Below are positions 51,661 through 61,246 of a stretch of 64,000 nt of DNA, in pieces. The first letter of the stretch is position 1; each line of letters opens with the position of its first letter. The notes under the pieces are model-generated. The model saw only the letters and a program-made list of their open reading frames with translations, was not told the DNA's origin and did not search any database. The stretch lies in NCBI GenBank assembly GCA_963667075.1, contig OY762938.1, positions 596,100-660,099 on the forward strand. The letters run 5' to 3'. Source of the DNA: an uncultured Micavibrio sp. (lineage in GTDB: Bacteria > Pseudomonadota > Alphaproteobacteria > Micavibrionales > Micavibrionaceae). The translations under genes and the position numbers were made by a program.

Positions 51661-53136
51661 CTATCCGTGACTTTCTTTCCGTTTTTTCCGCATTTCCGGC
51701 ATTTCGCGCAAGGCCTCTACGACGAGCTGCATGCGGGGTTTTTGGCCGCCGCCGCGGGAGCCTTTGACCATAACAACATCGCCGGGAACGAGGACATCCG
51801 GGACGATTTCGGCTAGTTCTGCGCTTTTATCCTTGTGCACAGCTTTTTGATCCTGTGGTAAAGCGTCGTGCAGTTTTCTCATAAGCGAGCCACACGTATA
51901 AACAAGATCGACATTAGCCGCTTTTAAGGGGAACGCGAGCTCTGCATGGTGACGTTCGGCATTTTCACCAAGCTCATACATATCCCCTAAAATAGCGATA
52001 CGGCGACCACCCCGCCCCGGATCAATCATGGCCAAGACCTTAAAGGCCGCGCGCATAGCAGCAGGAGAGGCGTTATAACTCTCATCAATCAGGGTGATAG
52101 GATTACCGGCTTCCCCGCTGTCAATCATTTCACGTCTGCCTCGACCGGGGAGCGGCTCAATTTTCTCCAAAGCCTTAGCCGCTTTTTGCAGATCACCACC
52201 CAGCACTTTCACCGCCAAAAGGACAGAAAGCGCATTTTCAGCCAGATGACGACCAAGCATTTGCAGAGTCATTTCAACGGATTCGCCCATCACATCGGCA
52301 TGCACACGCGTCCCGTTTGCGGCCTCGAGACAATCCAACATGCGGGCATCAGCTTGCTCATCTGCGCCAAAGCTATATACCGTTTCAATACCGTGAGTAC
52401 GCGCTGCTTTTTTCAGTTGTTCAAAATGTTCGATATCATGATTCAAAATGACAATACCGTCTTTTTTCATACCGGCAAAAATTTCAGCTTTCGCGGCTGC
52501 GATTTCTTTTTCACCGCCCGGAAAATGTTCAATATGAACGGGCTTGATCGTTGTAATAATTGCCACATCAGGCCTGATTTGTTTTGTCAGCGGTATAATT
52601 TCCCCTGCATGATTCATCCCGACTTCGAATATGCCGTAATCGCTTCCTTCGTGCATCGAAGACAGTGAGAATGGCACGCCCCAGTGATTATTAAAGCTTT
52701 TACCACTGAAATGAGTCTGGCCTTGTGTAGCAAACGCCGCAGCCAGCATTTCCTTTGTCCCTGTTTTACCAACAGAGCCGGTCACCGCAATAATCTTTGC
52801 CGCCGTGCGGGTACGCGCCCCTTGCCCCAAGTCCTGCAAGGCCTTGAACGTATCTTCAACGATCAGCAGATTGTCCCCCTCCAGCGCATCTTCCGGCAAC
52901 ATAGAGACCATCGCCGCCACAGCCCCTTTATCAAGGGCGGCACGAACATATTTGTGTCCGTCTCCATTTTCTCCTTGAAGCGCAATAAATAAATCACCTT
53001 CCCTGACCGTACGGCTATCTATGGACAGGCCGGTTGCGAACCAATCCTCTCCGCCCTGCAAGCGACCAAAAACACTTTTTGCCGCTTGTTTTGCTGTCCA
53101 AATCACATGTGATGGAGCCATCTGATCTCCTGTCAT
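51661..53136 (-). CDS. murF: UDP-N-acetylmuramoyl-tripeptide--D-alanyl-D-alanine ligase
   Basis: GSVGKTGTKEM P-loop, DESYNASP and the Mur ligase domain order. Confidence 0.95.
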   Translation of the reverse strand: MTGDQMAPSHVIWTAKQAAKSVFGRLQGGEDWFATGLSIDSRTVREGDLFIALQGENGDGHKYVRAALDKGAVAAMVSMLPEDALEGDNLLIVEDTFKALQDLGQGARTRTAAKIIAVTGSVGKTGTKEMLAAAFATQGQTHFSGKSFNNHWGVPFSLSSMHEGSDYGIFEVGMNHAGEIIPLTKQIRPDVAIITTIKPVHIEHFPGGEKEIAAAKAEIFAGMKKDGIVILNHDIEHFEQLKKAARTHGIETVYSFGADEQADARMLDCLEAANGTRVHADVMGESVEMTLQMLGRHLAENALSVLLAVKVLGGDLQKAAKALEKIEPLPGRGRREMIDSGEAGNPITLIDESYNASPAAMRAAFKVLAMIDPGRGGRRIAILGDMYELGENAERHHAELAFPLKAANVDLVYTCGSLMRKLHDALPQDQKAVHKDKSAELAEIVPDVLVPGDVVMVKGSRGGGQKPRMQLVVEALREMPEMRKKRKESHG

Positions 53137-54560
53137 TGTGCCGTCTCCTTTAATGCAAGAATTGCCGTTTCTGCCTGTAAAAGATCGTCAAAAGGCTCTA
53201 CACGATCTCCTATAATCTGTCCTTGTTCATGGCCCTTACCGGCGATTAACAAAACATCACCATCCCCAAGGTCCTTAATCATGTCTAAAATCGCTTGCGC
53301 CCTGTCGCCTATTTCTTTTGCATCTGGTGCTGTTTCCAGCATGGCTTTGCGAATAAGAGCGGGATCTTCGGTACGCGGGTTATCATCTGTGATCACAACA
53401 AGATCCGCGAGGTCGTTTGCTATTTTCCCCATCATAGGCCGTTTCCCCGGATCACGATCCCCGCCACACCCAACAATACATACCAGCCTGTTTTTCGTAT
53501 GAGGCCGCAAAGCTTTTAAGACATTCTCCAGCGCATCCGGTGTATGGGCATAATCAACATAAACAGAGAACTCTTTTCCTGTCGTATCCGCTTTAACCAG
53601 TTGCACACGGCCAGGCGGTGCTTCGAGCTGTTCCAGCAACGAGACGGCTTCATCCTGCACAGCCATGTTCTCCGCCAGAACCAACCCCAGTGCACACAAG
53701 CTGTTCATCACCTGAAAAGCACCCACTAGCGGAATTGACAAGTTATAGACCTTCCCAAAAACAGAAAGCTGCACATCCTGCCCATTGGGTACCGCTTTAC
53801 GGGAGAGGAGTTTTATGTCATCTCCTTTTTCGCCATAGGAAATAACCTTTACATGACGGGCTTTGCAGATAATCCTTAAAGCCTGATATTCATCAACATC
53901 TGCATTCAGAACAGCAACCCCATCCTCATCCAGAAGATCTTTGAACAAACGGCATTTCGCATTAAAATACGATTCCATATCAGGATGATAATCAAGATGA
54001 TCCCGTGTCAGATTCGTAAAAGCGGCTGCCTTTACATGCACCCCATCCAGTCTATGCTGATCCAGGCCGTGGCTTGAAGACTCCATCGCAAGATGCGTCA
54101 CACCTGCTTTACACAATTTGGCTAACTCTTCATGAAGAGAGGCCGGGTCTGGCGTGGTCATGGAACCATAGCGGCTAATCCCTTTTCCATGTGCGCCCAG
54201 TGTCCCAAGACTTGCCGCCCTTTTTCCCAAAGCACTCCATATCTGTTGCGCAAAATGTACAGTGGATGTTTTCCCATTCGTACCAGAGACAGCCACAATA
54301 TAGTCCGGCTGTTCGTCATAAAAAGATGCGGCAAGGCGCGCAAAGGCTTGTCTGGGATTATCAACCTCAATCAACTTCACGCCATCCGGACACGCTGTAC
54401 CCGGCAGAGCCATAATAGCAACAGCACCATTTTTTACAGCCTCTTCTATAAAATGCGTACCGTCTGTCTTCGTCCCTGAGAACGCGGCGAACAAATAGCC
54501 TTCCCGCACTTTCCGGCTATCGCTTGTCAGTCCTTTAATGTCAATACCATCCAAAATCAT
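53133..54560 (-). CDS. murE: UDP-N-acetylmuramoyl-L-alanyl-D-glutamate--2,6-diaminopimelate ligase
   Basis: GTNGKTS P-loop, DYAHTPDAL and a DNPR motif (meso-DAP specificity). Confidence 0.95.
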   Translation of the reverse strand: MILDGIDIKGLTSDSRKVREGYLFAAFSGTKTDGTHFIEEAVKNGAVAIMALPGTACPDGVKLIEVDNPRQAFARLAASFYDEQPDYIVAVSGTNGKTSTVHFAQQIWSALGKRAASLGTLGAHGKGISRYGSMTTPDPASLHEELAKLCKAGVTHLAMESSSHGLDQHRLDGVHVKAAAFTNLTRDHLDYHPDMESYFNAKCRLFKDLLDEDGVAVLNADVDEYQALRIICKARHVKVISYGEKGDDIKLLSRKAVPNGQDVQLSVFGKVYNLSIPLVGAFQVMNSLCALGLVLAENMAVQDEAVSLLEQLEAPPGRVQLVKADTTGKEFSVYVDYAHTPDALENVLKALRPHTKNRLVCIVGCGGDRDPGKRPMMGKIANDLADLVVITDDNPRTEDPALIRKAMLETAPDAKEIGDRAQAILDMIKDLGDGDVLLIAGKGHEQGQIIGDRVEPFDDLLQAETAILALKETAQ

Positions 54561-56269
54561 AGCGAGCCCTCTTCCTCATGCGCGATATAACGTTTAAGCG
54601 GTTCTTCCGGAATAGGTCCCTGCTCTGGCACCATGCCAAGCAGCGGGGCCATCGACGCAATCACACGCCCTGCAGCCGGTGCCGCAACCCAGCCGCCTGT
54701 TGCGTACCCAAAACTCTCTCTTGTACCTTTTGGCTCATCCACCATGACAAAAACGGCATAACGCGGCGCATCCATGGGAAAAACCGCAATAAAAGATGAA
54801 ATCAGCTTCTTACGATCATAAGAGCCATCAGCACTTTTTTCTGCCGTGCCAGTTTTTCCACCAACGAGATAGCCCGGTACATCGGCATTTCCACCCGTTC
54901 CTTCCGTCACAACAAGACGTAAAAGGCCTCTCATCTTTTTGGAGGTTTCCGGGGAGACAATCTGAAAAACACTTTCAGCAGGGCCTGATGATTTGATAAA
55001 AGTCGGCGATACGAAATAGCCCTCATTTACAATAGTCGAAACAGCCGTAATCAGTTGCAGCGGGCTAACGGCAATACCATGCCCATAGGAAGCTGTGAGG
55101 GTGTTAATGTCACGCCATGGATCCGGCACAATAGGCTTTCCGACTTCACCAATTTCAATATTAGCCGCATCCAGCAAGCCGAGATCAGCATAGAACTTCT
55201 TCAAATCCTCTGTCCCGATCATTTCCCCAATCAGCGCAGAACCGATGTTAGAGGAATATATAAAGACTTCTGGAATCGTCAGTTTGCGTTTCTGTGGATG
55301 ATAGTCACGGATGAGAAAATGCCCGTACTTAATCGGCTCTGTCGCATCAAATTTTTTACCCAGTGCTACATTTTTAAGATCCAGCAACGCAGCCGTTGAA
55401 AAAATTTTGAACGTCGAGCCCAGCTCATACACACCAAGTGTTGCACGATTAAAGAGATTCTCAGCCGCTGCATGCCCCGGATGATGCGGGTCAAAATCCG
55501 GATAAGAGACAGAAGCCAACACCTCGCCCGATTTTACATCCATAACAAGACCGGCACCACCTTTGGCCCGGAAATCTGAAACAGCTTTTTTAAGTTCACG
55601 CCGCAGAATATGCTGAATTCTGATGTCCAGAGTCAGCTCAAGCGGTGCCTCTTCCCCTGTTACAAGCAGGTTGTTAAACGCCCGTTCAATACCGCCAAGA
55701 CCGCGACCATCAACATCTGTATAACCCACAATGTGAGAAGTTAGTGCCCCTTCCGGGTATATGCGTTTATCTTCATAGCGGAAGGAAAGACCCGGATCCC
55801 CAATCTCAAGCACCCGGTATTGCTCATCCGGGGTCAGATTACGGCGTACCCAGATAAAACGCCCCTCTGACTGTAATTTCTGGAGCACCTCACCATAAAC
55901 AAGCTCAGGAAAAATACGCACAAGGCCTTTGGCAGACCCTGCCGGATCAGAGATCAACTTGGGATCTGCATACAAAGAGGCCACACGCAAAGAGGTCGCC
56001 AGCAAAACACCATTACGATCCACAATATCGGAACGACGCACTTTATCTTTATCACGTACAACCATACTTTGTTCGTCTTTGTTTGAAAAAGAAGCCTTCA
56101 TCGTCCCCTGAAGAACCATGACATCAAAAGCACGAATGGTAATCACGATAAAAAACAAACTAAAAACAGCACTTAAAAGAACCAGGCGTCCGCGTGCAAG
56201 AGCCAGCGTCGAACCCCGCTCCCCCATAATTTTTAAGGTTTTTCTTTGAAATGGATGAGAAAGCGTCAT
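54557..56269 (-). CDS. ftsI: Peptidoglycan D,D-transpeptidase FtsI (PBP3)
   Basis: N-terminal TM helix and PBP dimer domain, then STFK, SSN and KTGT transpeptidase motifs. Confidence 0.95.
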   Translation of the reverse strand: MTLSHPFQRKTLKIMGERGSTLALARGRLVLLSAVFSLFFIVITIRAFDVMVLQGTMKASFSNKDEQSMVVRDKDKVRRSDIVDRNGVLLATSLRVASLYADPKLISDPAGSAKGLVRIFPELVYGEVLQKLQSEGRFIWVRRNLTPDEQYRVLEIGDPGLSFRYEDKRIYPEGALTSHIVGYTDVDGRGLGGIERAFNNLLVTGEEAPLELTLDIRIQHILRRELKKAVSDFRAKGGAGLVMDVKSGEVLASVSYPDFDPHHPGHAAAENLFNRATLGVYELGSTFKIFSTAALLDLKNVALGKKFDATEPIKYGHFLIRDYHPQKRKLTIPEVFIYSSNIGSALIGEMIGTEDLKKFYADLGLLDAANIEIGEVGKPIVPDPWRDINTLTASYGHGIAVSPLQLITAVSTIVNEGYFVSPTFIKSSGPAESVFQIVSPETSKKMRGLLRLVVTEGTGGNADVPGYLVGGKTGTAEKSADGSYDRKKLISSFIAVFPMDAPRYAVFVMVDEPKGTRESFGYATGGWVAAPAAGRVIASMAPLLGMVPEQGPIPEEPLKRYIAHEEEGSL

Positions 56270-56715
56270 CTTTTCTCCTCCATCAGTTCATTAAAATTAA
56301 TATCTTCACGTAATTTTTTCGTGACAGGCTCGGTCTTTTGGGAGGATGCCTCAGATAATGAATGAGATACCGACAAGGAAGCCGGTTGAGGCGTTAAGGA
56401 AGGTTTGCTTTTTGGCAGCGCAGGATAAAACGGCTCAGGCACTTCTTCGCCCTGATATTTTAACCGTTTGACCTGAGGCGACTGTAAATCGAGATATTTA
56501 TCAGCCAGTTTTTCCAGCCTTTCCGGCTGGTTTAAGTACACCCATTCTGCTTTTAAAACACGAATAGATTCTTCTTCGCGGGCAATAGCCTGCTTTATGG
56601 ATTGCAGCTCTGTTTCCTTGCTCTGAACATGTTGAGAGACACGGAACAAAAGGGTCCCGGACCCAATCGCCAGAACAAGAGCTACCAGTGTTGAAAGGCG
56701 CATAATTCTACTCAT
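56266..56715 (-). CDS. ftsL: Cell division protein FtsL (alphaproteobacterial type)
   Basis: Small bitopic protein with one TM helix and a coiled coil (LQSIKQAIAREEESIRVLKAEW). It lies between rsmH and ftsI with 4/8-bp overlaps. Confidence 0.8.
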   Translation of the reverse strand: MSRIMRLSTLVALVLAIGSGTLLFRVSQHVQSKETELQSIKQAIAREEESIRVLKAEWVYLNQPERLEKLADKYLDLQSPQVKRLKYQGEEVPEPFYPALPKSKPSLTPQPASLSVSHSLSEASSQKTEPVTKKLREDINFNELMEEKR

Positions 56716-57652
56716 GACGCTTCCCCGTTCTTACAGCCGCACGTAATTTAGCTGAACGAGCCCTGGGGTTTTCTTTTGTTTCCGGCTCAGACGCAAGAAC
56801 TGCTTTTCTGGACAGCAGTTTAAAGACCGGTTCAGGCCTGTCATGCTGTATCGCCTCCGGCATATGCCGTGACGGAGAGGGCACATCGCCAGAACGCTGT
56901 TTCAAAAATCTTTTAACAATACGATCTTCCAAAGAATGGAACGTCACAATTACCAGACGCCCACCTTCTTTAAGGATATGCTCCGCAGATTCCAGAGCCC
57001 GTTCAAGCTCTCCAAGCTCGTCATTCACAGCAATACGAAGAGCCTGAAAGGTCCGTGTCGCCGGATCTGTTTTTTCTTTTTTGTTATAAGGAATACTGGC
57101 CCGCACCACTTCAGCAAAGCGCGCCGTGCCGGTAAAAGGCTCTTCCGCCCGTGCCTTGACAATCGCCCGTGCCACACGCCGTGCAAAACGCTCCTCCCCA
57201 TAAAGCTTAATAAGAGACGCGAGCTCTTCTTCCGTAGATTCATTCACAAGGTCCGCCGCGCTCATACCGACAGAGCGATCCATGCGCATATCCAAAGGCC
57301 CATCAAACCGGAAAGAAAACCCGCGCTCTGCCTGATCAAGCTGCATGGAGGATACACCCAGATCCAGCACAAACCCATCAAGTTTTTCAAAACCAGACTC
57401 CGCCAGACAAGCGCGCGCGTTTCCAAAGGTGCCATGAATCAAGACCAGACGATCCTGATATGCTGTTTTCCATTCCTCAGCCATAGCCAACGCGCTTTCA
57501 TCCCGGTCTATACCCACAACACGACAATTCACTTTATCCAGAAAAGCGCGGCTATAGCCGCCGGCACCGAACGTGCCATCAAGATAAAGCTCACCCTCTT
57601 TTGGCTCCAGCGCATCCATAACTTCATTTAGCATGACAGGCACATGGCTCAT
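56708..57652 (-). CDS. rsmH: 16S rRNA (cytosine1402-N4)-methyltransferase
   Basis: HVPVML.E, DGTFGAGGYS, DLGVSS.Q.D and FHSLEDR motifs. Confidence 0.96.
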   Translation of the reverse strand: MSHVPVMLNEVMDALEPKEGELYLDGTFGAGGYSRAFLDKVNCRVVGIDRDESALAMAEEWKTAYQDRLVLIHGTFGNARACLAESGFEKLDGFVLDLGVSSMQLDQAERGFSFRFDGPLDMRMDRSVGMSAADLVNESTEEELASLIKLYGEERFARRVARAIVKARAEEPFTGTARFAEVVRASIPYNKKEKTDPATRTFQALRIAVNDELGELERALESAEHILKEGGRLVIVTFHSLEDRIVKRFLKQRSGDVPSPSRHMPEAIQHDRPEPVFKLLSRKAVLASEPETKENPRARSAKLRAAVRTGKRHE

Positions 57653-58104
57653 GATACACTTCCTTTCGGCAGGGTCATCCCCTTCGTGCGCACCGCTTCA
57701 CGCGCCGCAGCCCGCCGCGCATCAAAAGCAACTGGCTCCCATATCTGAAATTTTCGCCCAAGCCCGACAAAAGCCGCACGATCCGCAATACCAGCATAAT
57801 CCATCAACTCTGCCGGCAGCGTAATACGGCCATCACCATCAAAAGAAAGCTGGATAGAGTCTCCAAAAACAGCCGTTGCCAGATCATCCTGTTCCTGAGA
57901 AAACAAATCAAAATGATCAAGCCGCGCCCCTATTTCATTCATATAGGCAAAATCAAACCCTTCAAGGCACTCATGCCCATGGGAACGGAACAGAAGAATT
58001 CCCTGGAAAGACTGATCTGCCAAAGCCGCACGAAAAGGCGCAGGCACAGAAACCCTGCCCTTTTTATCTACCTTATTAACAAAATGCGAAACGAACAGTG
58101 CCAA
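57649..58104 (-). CDS. mraZ: Transcriptional regulator MraZ
   Basis: Two SpoVT-AbrB-like repeats with DKKGR.S.P and D..GRI..P motifs. It is the first gene of the dcw cluster. Confidence 0.93.
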   Translation of the reverse strand: MALFVSHFVNKVDKKGRVSVPAPFRAALADQSFQGILLFRSHGHECLEGFDFAYMNEIGARLDHFDLFSQEQDDLATAVFGDSIQLSFDGDGRITLPAELMDYAGIADRAAFVGLGRKFQIWEPVAFDARRAAAREAVRTKGMTLPKGSVS

Positions 58105-58160
58105 GACAAGCCTCAGTTAAAAGCACAAAAAGACGACCCAGTTGTCCTCGAATAGAACAT

Positions 58161-58196
58161 CATGGGTATTTATGGGATAACATGGGATAGCATGGG
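58161..58196. promoter_or_regulatory. Four direct YATGGG repeats at an exact 10-bp period (putative MraZ operator)
   Basis: catggg at 58161, tatggg at 58171, catggg at 58181 and catggg at 58191. The array lies 57-92 nt upstream of the mraZ start codon. Confidence 0.6.
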
Positions 58197-58321
58197 CCGT
58201 CAAACAAAGTCATAAAAATACCCACGACAAAACTGTAGATATAACGATTTGGAATAAGAATATGTCCTACTCTTATTCTAAATCGTTACAAAAGCTTATC
58301 TTGAGTGATCTAATGGGGGCT

Positions 58322-58885
58322 CTAAAGAGAGAGATTTTTAGGCACGGCAAAACAACCGCCGAAATAATTATACGCTTCCTTTTTGGCTGACGAAAAAATA
58401 TCGCTATCTTTTACTTCCTCTGGAAAATTATATCCGTCTTTTTCCACCGCTATTACCTGCCCACCTTTGCGTCTTATTGCAAACCAGTGAAAATTATGAA
58501 TCTTCAATTCATAAGGGGTTTCATCTTTATGCCTAAAGAACAAAACTGCCGGTGTTTGCCCTTCAGAGACATTTTCCATACCGTCTTCCAACAAAGACAA
58601 GCCATCAAGAAGAGCATTTCGTCTTGTCTTTTCAGCAAAGGTATAAAAATCATCTTCTTTACAATCTGCAAGCTTTTGGCCGGATAACATGCCAGGGATC
58701 AGCCACTTCCCTTCATTTATATTAAGAGTAAGATTATAGCAGTTAGCAGAGGCACTCCTCATAGTACGCCACTCTTTAGGACGCCATTCAGGGAACGATG
58801 CCACAGCGCCCCTCCCTTTTAAGCCTTCCCATTGCGCTTGAAAAATTCTAGCTTCTTTTTCAAAATCTGTGGTTAGAAAAGACAT
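58322..58885 (-). CDS. Hypothetical protein (187 aa)
   Basis: ORF only. No signal peptide and no motif I recognise. AT-rich flanks. Confidence 0.5.
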   Translation of the reverse strand: MSFLTTDFEKEARIFQAQWEGLKGRGAVASFPEWRPKEWRTMRSASANCYNLTLNINEGKWLIPGMLSGQKLADCKEDDFYTFAEKTRRNALLDGLSLLEDGMENVSEGQTPAVLFFRHKDETPYELKIHNFHWFAIRRKGGQVIAVEKDGYNFPEEVKDSDIFSSAKKEAYNYFGGCFAVPKNLSL

Positions 58886-59093
58886 TTTTTATTTAGCCCC
58901 TTTTTTTCGTGACCCTAACACACATAAAATATTTATGTCAAATATATGAAAAAACAGCCAGAATCGGGCTTTTGGGTAATTTTATAAATTATTTTTATGT
59001 TTTTATGAAAAAATATGTTGCATTTTACTAATGTTTTATGGTAACTAATATACATCATAGTGATAAACCAAATGTGTGTGGGGAGTATTTATC

Positions 59094-59234
59094 ATGTTAG
59101 TTATTTTTTTAATGATTGCTTTGGCTGTCAATGGTGGGATGTATCTGGGTATTCTGATGTATTCAGCCTACAAGGTCTCTAGCCTTAACAGTAAACTAAG
59201 CTTTTCGCCAAATATCCGTACCTCTATGTTTTAA
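59094..59234 (+). CDS. Putative 46-aa single-pass membrane microprotein (below the ORF-track size cutoff)
   Basis: The ATG is preceded by GGGGAG with an 8-nt spacing. The sequence is MLVIFLMIALAVNGGMYLGILMYSAYKVSSLNSKLSFSPNIRTSMF. A GC hairpin follows about 40 nt downstream. Confidence 0.35.
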   Translation: MLVIFLMIALAVNGGMYLGILMYSAYKVSSLNSKLSFSPNIRTSMF

Positions 59235-59273
59235 AAGAGGATTGTTTCGTGAATATTGATGTTTCCTTTGCAT

Positions 59274-59291
59274 CCCCCGTGAAAACGGGGG
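59274..59291. terminator. GC-rich stem-loop CCCCCGT-GAAA-ACGGGGG between the micro-ORF and the rnpB 3' end
   Basis: Perfect 7-bp stem. There is no clear U-tract on either strand, so terminator function is uncertain. Confidence 0.4.
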
Positions 59292-59328
59292 TCTTAGGAT
59301 GATGGTAAAATGGTATAAGAGAAAAAAA

Positions 59329-59698
59329 GGCTCAGCCGATCTATAAGCCGGGTTCTGTCTTCGCCAAAGCGAAGGATGACCATTCATCTGGATTATACGT
59401 TACCGCATAATTCAAGCAACCTACCCGGACCGCGATGCGAAAACTCATCCATGTGCAGTCCCTATTTGGTCTTGCTTCCGGTGGGGTTTACCCTGCCATT
59501 TCTGTTGCCAGAAACGCGGTGCGCTCTTACCGCACCATTTCACCCTTACCCAATAATCAGGCCTGATATATCAGGCGGTATATTTTCTGTGGCACTTTCC
59601 ATCGGCTCACGCCGTCCGGACGTTATCCGGCACCGTGTTCCCGTGAAGCCCGGACTTTCCTCTCGTCAAAAGACAAGCGGCCATCCGATCGACTGAGC
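59329..59698 (-). ncRNA. rnpB: RNase P RNA, bacterial type A
   Basis: The minus strand contains the universally conserved blocks GAGGAAAGTCCGGGCT, GGGTAAGGGTGAAA.GGTGCGGTAAGAGCGCACC, CAAGACCAAATAGG and ACAGAACCCGGCTTAT. P1 pairing is GCTCAGTCGATC (5') with GATCGGCTGAGC (3'). Confidence 0.93.
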
Positions 59699-59729
59699 GA
59701 GATATAAATGCTCTTTTTTTTAAGAAAAA

Positions 59730-60401
59730 TCAAGGAAACGCTTTTTCTAACAAAGAACCCAGCCGTTTTCCTGTCTCTAAATCGACTTCTCCCACCTTTT
59801 CAGGTGTCTTAAATATCTCAGGATAAAAATGACGCTGAAAGGCTGTAATCAGCGTTTTTTCATCACAGGACGGGTCATAACCGTAAGAGACAAGTGCCGC
59901 CTTTACATCCCCTTCCAAGGCAGGCACAGTTTTTGCGTCAGGCCATACCCCTATGCCTTTACTGGATAAATAGTGCCAGTCAAAGAGCTCTCCCGGATCT
60001 TTTTTTCTATCGGGCGCAATATCAGAGTGCCCCAAAACACGAACAGGACTGATCTCATATTTCGATATAATGTTTTTTGCTAACACGACGAGGCTTTTCA
60101 TCTGAGCCTCTGGGAAAGGCCGGTAGCCGAAGTCATGCCCCGGATTAACCAGTTCAATCCCGATAGAGGCAGAATTTATATCACGTATCCCGGCCCAATA
60201 AGATACGCCGGCATGCCAGGCCCGTTTTTCTTCCGGTACGAGAATCTCAACAGCTCCATTCTCATCGATCAGATAATGTGCGCTCACTTCCGAATCAGGA
60301 GAACAAAGCCGTGTCATAGCAGCTTCCCTGGTTTTCATCCCTGTGTAATGAAGGATCAAAAAAGAAACAGGAGATGTACGATCATTAAAATTGGGAGACA
60401 T
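59730..60401 (-). CDS. N-acetylmuramoyl-L-alanine amidase (AmpD-like, Amidase_2) with a C-terminal peptidoglycan-binding-like domain
   Basis: ILHYTGM, AHYLIDENG, AWHAG.S.W, IGIELVN and GHSDIAP..K.DPG motifs. I chose the ATG at 60401; the ORF track starts at a TTG at 60437. Confidence 0.85.
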   Translation of the reverse strand: MSPNFNDRTSPVSFLILHYTGMKTREAAMTRLCSPDSEVSAHYLIDENGAVEILVPEEKRAWHAGVSYWAGIRDINSASIGIELVNPGHDFGYRPFPEAQMKSLVVLAKNIISKYEISPVRVLGHSDIAPDRKKDPGELFDWHYLSSKGIGVWPDAKTVPALEGDVKAALVSYGYDPSCDEKTLITAFQRHFYPEIFKTPEKVGEVDLETGKRLGSLLEKAFP

Positions 60402-60502
60402 AAAAAATATCTTTTTTCTATTTTTACTATTTATCAATCTTTTCCGTATCTAATTGAACCCACTTTAAAATTATTTTTGTGGGACAAAGAAAGGGTACAA
60501 AA

Positions 60503-61219
60503 ATGAAATTTTCACTTAGTTTAGCCACTGCAGCAGTAGCACTTCTGGCCATGTCGGCCCCTGCTAAAGCAGAAATTTTAACAGACAAAATCGACACTAG
60601 CACAGCACACCGCTTTGTTAAATCACTAAACAGTGCCGTAAACCATCCGGATTTAGCTATTGGCCGCAACTTCTTCGAAAGAACAGTTACGGACAACAGC
60701 TATTTCGCAACGAATATAACAAACATTCTGCCGGGCCATCCCTCTTACAGCAGCGTATTGTACAATGGTAGAGTTGTTACAAAAGCCTATCCTTATGGTG
60801 TTTATCCATATTACAACACAGCCGGTGTTGCGATAAAAACATATCCTTATGGGTACTATCCATATTATAACGCCTCCGTAGGGGCTTATCCTCATTACCC
60901 CTATTACACAACGACGAATTACCGTTCTTTCAGTAAAGGCGAAATGATCAACAATTTTGAAACAAAGAAAAAGATGGTCGTCGGCTATCGTAACGATTTC
61001 AAAATTGATCACATCAACATTTCACCAGACGAAAGCACAGCCGTTATCACCGTCGATTCCAGGGAATATGGCGCAAACTATGTGCCCGGGACAGCTTACC
61101 TGACAGAGAGTGCTCTGCATGCGAACTCCAAATGTTCTCTTTACCTGGGTGTTATACACCGCAAAGTTCAGATCACACGCATGGACTGTAACACAAATGC
61201 TTACGTTCCTGTTTACTAA
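60503..61219 (+). CDS. Hypothetical secreted protein with a Tyr/Pro-rich insert
   Basis: Signal peptide MKFSLSLATAAVALLAMSAPAKA. The central segment is AYPYGVYPYYNTAGVAIKTYPYGYYPYYNASVGAYPHYPYYTT. The flanks look like a small alpha+beta domain. Confidence 0.6.
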   Translation: MKFSLSLATAAVALLAMSAPAKAEILTDKIDTSTAHRFVKSLNSAVNHPDLAIGRNFFERTVTDNSYFATNITNILPGHPSYSSVLYNGRVVTKAYPYGVYPYYNTAGVAIKTYPYGYYPYYNASVGAYPHYPYYTTTNYRSFSKGEMINNFETKKKMVVGYRNDFKIDHINISPDESTAVITVDSREYGANYVPGTAYLTESALHANSKCSLYLGVIHRKVQITRMDCNTNAYVPVY

Positions 61220-61246
61220 AACTTCTTTTTCGTTATCCTAGACTGT

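Noticed and set aside
56936-57631. 231-aa plus-strand ORF
   Set aside because: It is antisense to rsmH, which has all the canonical methyltransferase motifs.
59196-59696. Two ORFs: 59196-59387 (-) and 59376-59696 (+)
   Set aside because: Both lie on top of the RNase P RNA gene, so the region is non-coding RNA.
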